From Lingula anatina (lineage: Eukaryota; Animalia; Brachiopoda), in NCBI GenBank assembly GCA_051362555.1, contig CM120646.1, positions 23,498,001 through 23,562,000 on the forward strand: a DNA stretch of 64,000 nt, read 5' to 3'. This document shows, one piece after another, positions 26,301 to 37,702 of the stretch; the first letter of the stretch is position 1, and each line of letters begins with the position of its first letter. The notes beneath the pieces are model-generated. The model searched no databases and was not told the DNA's origin. It saw only the letters and a list, made by a program, of their open reading frames with translations. The position numbers and the translations under genes were made by a program.

Positions 26301-29300
26301 GACACTGGAGTCAAACACGAACACGATTATATGCAGTTCGGACATTTTAATTTTCAACTAAATAAAGTTAGTCATTATTGTTTTTCAAGTGCCCGTTCCG
26401 CGTTAAAAAGTACGTGTGTATTGCACGCGTCTTCCGTAAGATCTTTGCCATTGATGCCTTGTGTATATGTATCTATTGAAGGCATATAATGGCAAAAGGC
26501 TATTATGTTTAGGCAGGAATAATTAAAGCAATATATGTTTCCGTTGAAGGCATTGTATGGTAATGATACCAAGACGGATGCAATGTTTTTTGCATAACCT
26601 AACGCGAAAAGTTTACCAAACGAAGTTCTTTGGTCAAACACAAAATAAGAGAATACCAAAGACGTATTTCATAACATTATTGCAGGTCTACACGAGTGAT
26701 GTATTTGTTCTTAGTAAATAATCTCCAAAGGGTAAAGCTTAGTTTAGGTACGTCCTTTGAGAGATATAACATATGTTGTAATTAACACTAATGTCTTTGA
26801 TATTTCAATGGAATGGCATCTTATATTCGGCACCAAGTCGTACTTCCTTGTCTACATGTTCTGATGTATTGGATAGCATGTGAACTAGGCAAGGGTCAAT
26901 GGGGAGATTTCAGTACAGAGTGGCCATTTACGAGACAGAGAGAAAAGTGCCACTTCACCTTTCTACTTTGAAATATCTTTGATTCGAGAGCAGTACACAT
27001 AAAACCACCAGGAGTCAAACCCTAACTAGAAAAACACTCAGGCAGCAAAACCCTTCTCCAAAGATATATAATCAACTGTGATTTACCATTGATTTCTAGT
27101 CATTGATTGCTTAATTAATGGATATTCACCAAAGTCAAATCCCATTTAGCTTAGTCCATTTGTGACCTATCCTGGAAATTTCACCAAAATCCATCTACAT
27201 TCTTTTAGCTAGGCAGGTGACAAAAGAACAAACAGAGGTAAAAAAACAAGTACCACAGCGTAGGTAATAAACAATACAGTTAAAGTGTACATTGTATTGG
27301 AAGAAATGTAAAAAACGTTCTCATATGTAGTAACCGAAAACCATGCATATTTCGCAGTAATTATAACGCATGAAAGTAAAAGAAGGCAAGGAATGTCTCT
27401 CTATAGTTAGGAAGTGCCAGGGATCTGTTACACAATGGCTTCCGTTTCGAGAACAAAAACGTGCCATGTTTTAGCATTGAGTAAATCAGTAGAAAAATCC
27501 GCTAAAATGAGGAGATTTATTCTTCTTCACAGAAAATTTGCATGGCTTATGCATAGAATTGAACGTTACTTCATTTCGGTGGAGAGCCGCCATTTTATCT
27601 TAAATTGTAGTGGACCAATGTTTTTTTTCGGTCGTAAACTGGAGGGAACTTTCTACTACTTTTTAAATTTTAAACACAGGGCCCAACAAAAACCGTAGTA
27701 TATCTAAGTTCTATTGACTTTCTTCTCTTGTTGATAAAGCAAGATCTATTGACGAACATCATTTAGAAAGTTCTTTGTACTCACTGCACAAAACTTTCCT
27801 GGCAGGATTTTCACATAATTCTGGCCACGTAAATCTTTCTTTGTTTGCCACGTTTGCCTGTACTTAGAATCAATGTCACCCCTCCGCCGCCCCAGGGGGC
27901 AAACTTGAAAGAAATTCGAGAATTGTGAGGATTAGAACCTGGGGATATTCTGGTCGTGTCTAATTTCAGAGCGGATAGGAAGTGTTTTACGAGGGTCAGG
28001 GTTGTAACGAGTTTTACATTTTTAAATTTGGAGATAATGAGCGAAAACTGTGTTGTTTTGCAAAATTGGAATGTCATGTTTTAGTTTAATGGTATATCCT
28101 CTTCCATTGTGTGCACTGCCTTTTTTGTGCGTTGTTCACTTAGGTAGTGCGGTTATATAGATATTTTAGATGATGTATCTTAAAAATACTTCTGTTAGTT
28201 TATAGAATTTTTATTCAACATCCAAATGACAATAAAGAAAGACAAAAAACAATGTATGTTGAAAACAGTCCCCGAAAAAACTCAAATACCATCATTAATG
28301 ATGCGTTAAATATAAAAACAAACCATGGGCCTTGGATACAAGTGTTAAAACATGTTTAAAACAATTACAACGCTTTCGTGTTTTTATATTTTAACTTATT
28401 ATATCTTATAACTTCAGAAATACCACATGTACTGTATACATTGAAGCTGCCTTGGTTCAGCCAAGTATGCACCTGAATCAGTTGAAACTGATTTTCCACC
28501 TCAGATATATAGAACATCTATCGGTATAGAATAATTTTTATCTTATACTTACAGGATGGAAGGAATGGTCTTCGTGGTCTTCATGCAGTAGCACGTGTCA
28601 CGGGGGCGTGCAGGTGAGAGAACGCAACTGCACGAGCCAAGCGCGAGGCTGCGACGGTCCGGCAAGAGAAGAGAGACGCTGCAATATTTTCAAATGTCAC
28701 GGTAAGAAATCTAGGTAACGCTTCCAAACGTTTTATTATTATTATATATATTATTTTTTTTTTTTCGATTTTTTTTTCTTTTTTCGATAAGTTGTGCATG
28801 AAAAGACAAGGCAAACTGAGAAATGCTCAAGGTTTTGATTATCACATTTAATAAGAAAAAACGTGGAGACTGCCACCCTTGGCAATGCTGCTGATATGGT
28901 ATTAGTTGCGCACTGTTCAGCGTTCTTTAAGTTCAAGGTCAAAATAATTGACTGCCAAACGCGCGTGGAAGATATTTTAAGATTTCTCACTGGGGATAAA
29001 ATATGAAAATAAAATAATAAATCATTCGAAATGAAATATTAAATGATTAAATATCCCAAAAATCCGATCACTTTTTAATTTTTAAGAGAATTTTGAAAAA
29101 CGAGTAAGAACAAAATGACGCTTTTAATTTCTCGACGAGGAACACTTTACTTAAATACTAAAACCATAAGTTTCCGCCATTAGCACTGATATTTAGGATG
29201 GGTTGTTAGGAATAGAAAGGGGCGTGTAATTCCTTTATTGGAAGACATCAGAGGCACTCTCAAGGCCACCACATCCAGGGACGCATAGAGCTAACTTCAA

Positions 29301-32300
29301 AGAGAAGTCAAGGAGCAGCAAGTGGAATAGAGAAGGTCGTGGCTGGGAGTCGTTTTCATCTTGAACTACTTTGCATTCTTTGAAGCTGGTTGATGTGTGA
29401 ACTATTCTCGGAGTCGCTGGAGTCACCTACGTGGTGGAATACACCTACTAGCATGGGGCTGCCGGCGGGAACATTTCCACAGCTCCTACATTATATACTC
29501 TGTACCGGTAGTAAGCGTGCACACATTCAACATAGCACACGCACACATACATAAACACACAGATATATATTCTTGGCCACAAGAGTAGCAAGTGAGTGGG
29601 GTAGCCAACCAAACAGCAAAGCAGGACAAGAACGTCAAGAATCGTGGGGTCTATTGCCATCATTGTGTGTAGTCTGCTGTCACGTGTATAAACTAGCAAT
29701 GTCGCCATCGCACACACACCTCCATAAAAGCAGGGGCACATATTATTTGAGTCTGGAAAAAGATTTATAGATGACTACATGAATATGCATAGATCATTTC
29801 TTCATGTTGTAAGCGTGAAGTAAGCGTTTATAAACACAAGTTATTAAAGTTTACTCTGTAAGATAAATGAATTTTAATATAAAATGTAATTGGAAATAAT
29901 TTTGAGGTAAATTGACTGCATAGATGCCCTTTATAATTTTATTTGCGATAAATACAATTCATGTACAGCACCAAAGGTGAGATGTACTTTAACTGCTTAA
30001 AACACAGGCCAGTTGACACGAAGTATGTATCGGATAGAGAGGTTTCCATTCTAAAACGTCTGAAATATCATTTCATTGAGGGAGGATTATTAATCCTCAA
30101 CAGAATATTACACACTTTGCACTGAACCTACCATTTTTGAAATCCTGCTGTTTAGGTAGCTAAGGTACCATTTCCCATGGGCACCCCCTCGCTGGCGGAG
30201 ACCGCCAAAGCACATTTTGTAAACAAATCTGTTTATCTTGCTTGACCTTTGGTCACTCTGGTAATTATATCATCCCAACTAACACGTGTAACGGTAAATG
30301 TTTGACGTGTGGCTTGTTACTAGTAACGAAAAAAAATCGATCAGGGTTGACTATGCCCTTTAAATCAGGGTATTTTGTATAATGAGTTAGCAGTGGTGTT
30401 CAAATGAAGCTGGAATTCTCTGCTATTATTGATTACAGTGGACAACATTTTGAATTAAGCTGCGCTGTTAACGCGTATTGGTTTTACCAATTTAGACGCC
30501 GAGTTCTGTGCACTTAAACTGGCTCATGGCAATGAACGTTTGCGCCAAACCGGGGCGATCAAAATACAACAGTGGAAAACGCAAATCCATAAAAAGTAGT
30601 GTTTCCCGCGTACGCCTGGCATTCATGACTGCCTTTGCCAATAACTAACTCCATTTCGATGTCATTTTGTGGACGTATCATTACTTGTTTTTAAGGCATT
30701 ATCTCTGGTTATTGATTTTCAAAACTTTTTGTTGGAGCTCATTATCAGTTTTTTATATCTATTACAGCTGTTTCTTTCTGCACTACCTCACTATTATAAC
30801 AGCGTTGGTGCCCTTTAAGACCTCGCTTTTTGTACATTTAAGTTCGTTTGCTTTTCGTGACAGTTTATTCTTTTTTTGTCATTAAATTCAATCTCCTACG
30901 AACACCTTTCCACTCCCAAATTCCACTGCCAATTTCCGCAAGCACAAAAATGATACATTACAACACCAAACGGCTGTTATCGTAATATCCTTTTTCTGCA
31001 GTAAATGATAAATTGACATATGTAATATGATTTTAAACATCTTCGTATCTAAGAACTACCCACACCTCCTCTCCCAGTGTCAGGACCTGCTAATATCCCC
31101 GTCTACAGTCTTGTGTTCAAACTTTACGGTGGGCGCTGGGAGGACTGGAAGCAATATCTGGAACACGGTTTTGCCCTCTGGCAGTTTGATGAAATTTCCT
31201 CAGGCACTGCACCGGCCTTGTCAGCGTCATTAAAGTCATGCACTTCAACTTGGGGCAGATTACGTGGAAATGGATGGCTGCATCTTGCAATATAAGCCGG
31301 GATCTTACCACGGCGATTTTTATTTTAAAAGTAAAATGCAACACGAGAAGGGGTTTATCCTCTCTTTTTATTCTGTTTTATGTTGTTGTTTTGTGAAATA
31401 TAAAATAATATTTTCTTTTATGTTAAAATGATTTTCTCAAAACTTCAGTTACTAACGACAATTTATTTAGCTAAAGTTAAAGTTAGTTAAAGTATATTTA
31501 TTATTTTCCTTTCTTGTTGTTTTATTTTGTTGTACTTTGTTAGTCGCACAATGATATTCAACATCGTGATTTTAGATCCGATTAAGAACGCTTCAAATTC
31601 TGGAGTACAACGTGCCCCCACCCCCTTCCCCTGCGCGTGACACAAATACTGGCGCACAGGTCTAGCTTTGTAATAGAAAGACTTCCCGTTTGGAGCAGAC
31701 GTTGAACTGTCATGGTTGTCAATTTAAGCGTCTTCATTTTATCACTTTATTCATCCATCAATTTATTTATTTATTTATTTATTCATTTATGGACTTTTTT
31801 TGCACACTGCTACAAACGCGGTCAGTTCTTTCAAGAAAATACGCATCACTTACGTCACGCATTTGAAAAAACCATTACAATTAAATAAGTAACTGCAGAG
31901 AAGCTCATTTCTCGCGGATAAATCTTACACTACATTGACTAGGAATATAAACAAAGATCTATTTTCAGCATCTATCTCCCTAAATCTGTGTTCACTATGG
32001 GTTATCACGCCTGAGGAGGGAAGAGACATGCTTCATATACAACACAATGTACTTAACTAAATTATTACCAACATTACTGGGCCTGCACTTTATTAGGTCC
32101 TATGTTGCCAAGTGCACTTTCCACGTGGTGACCCCCTCGTGAATATGTTCGCTCTATTTTCTCAGTAAAGAGTTTTGGAGTCATGCCCTGCTATTGTTTT
32201 ATTAGAAGATTGACGTGTCTATAAATACCGCATTGAAGCGGGCCCATTAATGTAAAGAAATTATATATATAAAATGGAGGATTTGAATTGTTTTTTTTTT

Positions 32301-33132
32301 TTTTTTTCAGAAGCTCGAGTCTTAAAGTTGTACAGTTGTATGTTGAATATTTTATTTCTGACAACAAATCTGAAATGCAAAACTGAAATGCAAAATTTTA
32401 CTTTCCATATTGGCATTAACAGCAAGTCAAATTGTCTACATGTTAACAAAGAGACTCTCTCAACATTCAGTTGCAAGTCATGTGCACAGCTCACTCAAAT
32501 GGGTGCCGTAATATATTCTTTATTTATCCACAGGTTTAATCGACGTCACCTCCAGACTACTCCGACCACGATCGCCCTATATCATGCAATCTGTGGACCG
32601 TCCAAACGCTTTCATCCTCGATGCTACCTCAAGTGTCCACGTGCCTACAATTCACGTCATACCTCGCGGATTACCACCCGATTTCTCCGTCGTCGTCACA
32701 GCACGTGCCGAGCCCGGTAACCATGGTTACCTTCTATCCATTACGGAATTAACCGGAACAGTCCGACTAGGCATCCGCTTGGGCGAAACCCCGATTTTTG
32801 AATACACGGATCACAGAGGGCAGCCGGGAGATAAGTCTCCTAAATTCCCGACAAATCTGGTCGATGGACAGTGGCACCAATTTGCGTTCAGTGTGCGTGG
32901 GGAAACTGTAAGTTTGTATGTGGACTGTGCTCTCGAATTTTCTCGTGCCTTCTCCAGAGATCAGTGGAGCAGCATTCCCATCAACACTGTGACCTCTATC
33001 GGCGGAGTGTTTGGTCAACTCGACCCCAAAACTAAATTTGTGGTAAGTGACTTTATTCTGAACAAAAAAGTATATATATTTCCAAGTAGAAGCGTGTGTT
33101 TTCTCATCATATATCAAATGTCTTTTGTGGGT

Positions 33133-33174
<42 letters not shown>

Positions 33175-35752
33175 ATTATTTATTTTATGTAAAATTTTGC
33201 ATAGCTAAAACTGTTGGATAGCACATACTGTCAATATAAAAATACTATTTGAATTCTTAATTGGTTGTGAAACAATTTGGAATTTGCAGTCCACACTTAA
33301 ATATTCATTCTAAGATGCTATAGCAATTAATGAATACAAATGCAACGCAGTGATTGCGAGCCTCATGTCCGTTTTACAATCTCGTTTTCAGGGTGAGATT
33401 GAGCAACTGCTGTTGGTAGCGGACCCTGACGTTGCTAGGCAACAGTGTCAACCCTGGCAAGATGGCAGCACTAGTCTTGAAGCGTCATTGCCAGCCGCTG
33501 CCGTGGTGAACGAACAGCCGCAGCCCTTACAGACGGAGCCAGACGATGCCGGGAACGGGGCCAGTGAGTTGGCCAAAGCTCAGGAGAGAAGAACAAGATA
33601 TGAAGGTAATAGATGAGTTTTTTCAAAAATTCGATATGAGAGCAAATGTATCAGAAATATTTTATGCACGAATTCATAAGATCTTTCACATGTCAAAGAC
33701 GTACGATTTCTGTCGAGATGTTTGGCCTTGGGATACATGAGAGATATTAAGAGTCGATAAATAGATTCAAAGTATGTGTGTAGATAAATATATCTAGTAA
33801 TCTTCAGGAACATATCAGGAAGTATGCGATATTAGAGAAAAAAGACATGTTCACATGTTCTATGCTTCACACCTTCAGAAACTCAGCTAATATCAGCCAT
33901 CTTCATTTCAGTATATACATTCAGCAGATAAAGTCTGACTGGCAAACACGCCCATGCAACGGCTTTTCTGTACTGAGGTTGTCATTGTCATTTCAGTCAC
34001 GTGGTCCAGCTGGAGCCCGTGCAGCGTGTCATGTGACCGGGGTGTGGAGACACGGACGGCGTTCTGCAAGGACAATACCGTGGCTTTAGAGGAGTGCCTA
34101 GGACACGGGAAGTCGAGCCTGGAGAAGAGGACGTGTTACAGGGAGAAATGTGAAAAAGGTGAGTGTTTAGATAGCTAGTAGCTCTGGTGCAGAAACGCCA
34201 GAACATGCGATGAAAATTCACTGCTATTTATTTCACATTACTTATTTACACAATTTAAAATGAACAATTGCCTAGCTACGTTGATGCTATTGTGCTCTTG
34301 CTACATGTTGTTATTTTTTCTTCACAGAGGTGTGTAATTTGAAGTGTGTAAACGGTGGCCGCTGTGTACACAACACATGTTTATGTCCTCCGGGATTTGA
34401 GGGGCACAGATGTCAAAAAGGTAAGATAAAAACACTGTCTGTCATAATATACCGAAGTTTTTCAAACTTTGTTATTAAAGAGTAACGGACGCATGGGCAT
34501 ACATATATTGGGCCAAATACCCTGTGGCAAAGGTTCTCAGACACCACTGAAGCATTCCAATTTATCGATAATTTTAATATTAAAAAGCGGTTTGCAGGGG
34601 ATTATCGTAAATGGGAAACTTTATGAACAGATAATGTATAATTTTTAATCTCCATTCTCTGTCTCGACAGCCCTGTGTTCTCCCCCGTGTCAGCAAGGTG
34701 GTAAATGTGTGGCCAGGAACCAGTGTAGTTGTCCCCCAGGGACAAGACTGCCTGACTGTAAACGTAAGTGTACCAACCCTACATAACATACACGTGGGAG
34801 ACGTACAATATTAGGAATACAATGACCAGATTTCACATGGTATTTTTCTAAAGTCTACGTAAATGACAATCGTATTATTTTTTTTTCGTTGATTTCTCAT
34901 TTAAGGCTGGCAGTTTATTTACAGTATATTTGTATTTTTTAAAGCCATAATTACAAAGAAAAAAAACTAAATATCTTAATTCGTGATCCCTCGTATGTGT
35001 AACACCATGGTATATCTTACAGCTATATGTGACGGTGGATGTCTAAATGGCGGGGAATGTGTGGCACCCGGGATGTGCAAGTGTTCCACGCAGTACACGG
35101 GAGACAGGTGCCAGACTCGTAAGTAAACCGATAGATGGCGACACTTTGGGAATGTACTTGTTAGCGAGACTCGTAGAAAAATTAAATCTGGAAAGATGCT
35201 GTCGATTACCTTGTCAGATCACTGAATGAGTGTGCTCCATGTTTTCTTTTTTTTTTTTTTTTTTTCTGTACCAGTGCCTTGAACAGTTTTAGAATCCACT
35301 AGGTATATTATAATGGCCCCGTGTGGTTTTTTTCAAACATTGTGGTCAGTGCAATATTTACTTTTGAATAGAAAGAGATATCGTTTAGGAAACCCATCAA
35401 CAGTTTTCTTTTGTAGCTCTCATTGTGTTAGAGAAAAGCAGAGGGGTGCAACTGCAGACAATTGCGATGGAGGTGTTGCGGCACTCGATCTCAACTAACG
35501 CAATTTATTCAACCAATTGCTCATCTTTGTTATGTGGACTGCGATGCAGTACAAAGTTACAGACATGCTGGGTTATGTAGACTACGTGACTGTGACACAG
35601 TTACAGGGCAGATGATAATCTTCTGACTGTTCTGTATATTTCAGCTGTGTGCAGACATGGTTGTGCTAACGGCGGGAGATGTGTGGGTCCTAATAGGTGC
35701 TCCTGTAGGAACGGCTACATGGGGAGACAATGTCAGTCCCGTAAGTATACTG

Positions 35753-35783
<31 letters not shown>

Positions 35784-37702
35784 TGTGTGTGTTTGTTTGT
35801 TTGTTTGTGTGTGTGTGCGCTTGTGCGTGGATATATGGTTGTGTGTTTGATTTTGCGCGCATGTACGTGTTAGAGACAGAGAGCAAGCATTTATCAAAAT
35901 TCTGGCTCTCTGAGTAAATTGTTACGCTGTTAATGCCTGTATTAAAAGTCCAAGTGATTGTCAGCACTGAATAAGCCTAAATAGTGCCGTGCTTCATTGA
36001 TTAATGCCCACGTTTGTGATTCCAGCAATCTGTTTTCCTGACTGCCAAAATGGCGGCTCCTGTGTCAGTCCGTACACGTGCCAATGCAAGAGCGGTAGTG
36101 AGGGGAAATATTGTGAGACTTGTAAGTAGTGAACGTTACACTCAAGTACAAATAATGGATATCGTTAGCATAACGGTCAGGTACTATTCAGCCATGTATA
36201 TTTACAATTTATAAACATATAATGCATTTATTGTATATACAGGAAATTGGTGCGAAATGTAGCATTGAATTATGAAAATACTTTCTTCATTTAATTTTGA
36301 ATTCTCAAAACTAAGTAGTAATAATAATAATGATAATAATAATGTACGCGTGGCGGTATATTGTACGAAAAAAAAACTATTTAAAGATACAAAAATACTT
36401 CATAGTGATGTTTACTCTTTCAGTTACTTGCTCGTCGAAATGTATTAATGGTGGTACGTGCACTGGACCGAACACGTGCTCCTGCCCACGTGGTTACACT
36501 GGAAACTACTGCCAGACAGGTGCGGACGAATTGCAATCAGCATGATAGGGCCTTTTTAGTCTTCCTTTTCCTGTACATGTCAACAACATTAGCACTTTGA
36601 TTTTTCACACATAAATGTTTTTTCCTGGTCATTACTGAACGTACCGAGAGAAAATTGCCGTTTTGAATTTGCAATGAATGCTGCAATTTTGTGATAATTT
36701 TCAATTTAAACATTTAATTAAAATTAGTTTGAACGCTTTCTTGATTCGATTTTTCTTCATTTTTCCAGCCACCTGCCCCCGTGGCTGTCACAACGGAGGG
36801 GACTGTATAGCCCCTAGCCACTGCCGCTGTAAAAACGGGTTTTATGGAAAATCATGTGAGAAAAAGTAAGGGACAGTCACTGATTTTGTCTTCCTAGAAA
36901 TCGTTGCACAATTGCCACTAAACTAGGTCATCTGAGAGCAAAAGGCTTCCTTACAACTTCGAACAACTCTGCAGTCTTGCTTGTGAGGTTTAGTGCAAAA
37001 TGTATCAATATGCAAGGTATAAGAAAACAGAAGCGCTAGATAAATGTACATGTAGCTTTGGAGTCAAAACAAATTTATGCGCCTCTATTAACATATCGGA
37101 TGTCAACATTAAATTTGACATTCATCCTTTACGTTAGTTTTTTTCAGAAATGATGACTCTTTATTTATTTATGTATATTATTCATTTATTTATTTATTTA
37201 TTTATTTATTTGATAGACGTTGCCGTTACGTCCAGACAAGCGAGTCATACCGAAGAGGCTACCAGAGAAAATATAAACAAGCCTATGAAACAAAGTGTGG
37301 GCCTTGGGGCTGGAAAACGTGCACGGAAGTCAGGTAATTTCCCACTGAACATTTTATGTTTCCACTTTGAGCATGTGATAAATGTGCTCAGTGTTGTGGA
37401 CAGAAGTAGTAGAATGAAGGCAAATTCACCGTAGTATGTATCAAATTGACAATCGCATTAAATCGTGTCAGTCGTTTTATTCTGCACGGTTTAGAAAACT
37501 TGTAGGCTACTACAGCTCAACATAAGCGGCCATGCATCCGAAATTCGCATAAATCTTTGCCTAAGTTAGTACAAGTCAGCCTATGCTATTATAGTTTTCG
37601 TATAGTTTTCGCCACCTCAATAAGTTGTTATTTTTGTTTTTCAGAACCATCTACAAGACGATATACAAGACATTTTTCAGGCCTGTTTACAAGTGTATTT
37701 AG
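15203..37702 (+). CDS. Gene A: secreted multidomain extracellular protein, SP-NtA-TSP1-TSPN/LamG-TSP1-7xEGF-EMI-like (~781 aa, 14 coding exons)
   Basis: join(15203..15674,28555..28701,32534..33042,33392..33605,33997..34158,34328..34420,34671..34763,35023..35118,35645..35740,36026..36121,36424..36519,36769..36865,37217..37333,37645..37702). All introns are GT-AG with compatible phases (1,1,0,1,1,1,1,1,1,1,1,2,2). Total 2346 nt, open to TAG at 37700-37702. Confidence 0.88.
16141..16176. repeat. (CT)n microsatellite
   Basis: Directly visible. Similar tracts occur at 17430-17457, 21053-21085 (GA) and 52861-52919. Confidence 0.95.
23110..23332. repeat. Compound (CT)n(CA)n(CT)n microsatellite
   Basis: Directly visible; it generates the spurious ER-repeat ORFs. 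Confidence 0.97.
23801..23975. mobile_element. MITE with ~45-bp terminal inverted repeats
   Basis: cattcagaacaggggactaactagtccgagggtcaaatatggc pairs with gccatattttgccctcggactagttagtccgctgttctgaatg. Confidence 0.8.
27130..27270 (-). mobile_element. Decayed HINE/Helentron-like fragment
   Basis: aaatttcaccaaaatccat..acaaaagaacaaacagaggtaaaaaaac..gtaggtaataa resembles the reverse-strand 5' end of such elements; heavily diverged. Confidence 0.35.
28555..28701 (+). CDS. Gene A exon 2: thrombospondin type 1 repeat
   Basis: Acceptor tacttacag. Reads [43 protein letters not shown]. Donor GTAAGA at 28702; phase 1-1. Not in the ORF track. Confidence 0.92.
32534..33042 (+). CDS. Gene A exon 3: TSPN / laminin-G-like domain
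   Basis: Acceptor ttatccacag. [47 protein letters not shown] is the collagen/thrombospondin N-terminal LamG signature. Donor GTAAGT at 33043. Confidence 0.92.
33392..33605 (+). CDS. Gene A exon 4: end of TSPN domain plus low-complexity linker
   Basis: Acceptor gttttcag. [19 protein letters not shown] completes the TSPN domain, followed by a P/Q/E/A-rich linker. Donor G|GTAATA at 33606. Confidence 0.85.
33997..34158 (+). CDS. Gene A exon 5: second TSP1 repeat
   Basis: [35 protein letters not shown]. Acceptor tttcag, donor GTGAGT; phase 1-1. Confidence 0.92.
34328..34420 (+). CDS. Gene A exon 6: EGF-like domain 1
   Basis: [27 protein letters not shown]; AG/GT flanks; phase 1-1. Confidence 0.92.
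34671..34763 (+). CDS. Gene A exon 7: EGF-like domain 2
   Basis: [28 protein letters not shown]; AG/GTAAGT; phase 1-1. Confidence 0.9.
35023..35118 (+). CDS. Gene A exon 8: EGF-like domain 3
   Basis: [28 protein letters not shown]; AG/GTAAGT; 96 nt. Confidence 0.92.
35645..35740 (+). CDS. Gene A exon 9: EGF-like domain 4
   Basis: [28 protein letters not shown]; AG/GTAAGT; 96 nt. Confidence 0.92.
35753..35820. repeat. (CT)n(GT)n compound microsatellite in gene A intron 9
   Basis: Directly visible. Confidence 0.93.
36026..36121 (+). CDS. Gene A exon 10: EGF-like domain 5
   Basis: [28 protein letters not shown]; AG/GTAAGT; 96 nt. Confidence 0.92.
36424..36519 (+). CDS. Gene A exon 11: EGF-like domain 6
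   Basis: [28 protein letters not shown]; acceptor ctttcag, donor GTGCGG; 96 nt. Confidence 0.9.
36769..36865 (+). CDS. Gene A exon 12: EGF-like domain 7
   Basis: [28 protein letters not shown]; donor GTAAGG at 36866; ends in phase 2. Confidence 0.9.
37217..37333 (+). CDS. Gene A exon 13: EMI-like domain, first part
   Basis: Phase 2-2 exon reading [40 protein letters not shown]. Acceptor tttgatag, donor GTAATT. Confidence 0.82.
37645..37702 (+). CDS. Gene A exon 14 (terminal coding): EMI-like domain, second part
   Basis: Acceptor tttttcag. [18 protein letters not shown] resembles the Y-rich R.Y+..Y+...+..C second half of EMI domains. Confidence 0.8.
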
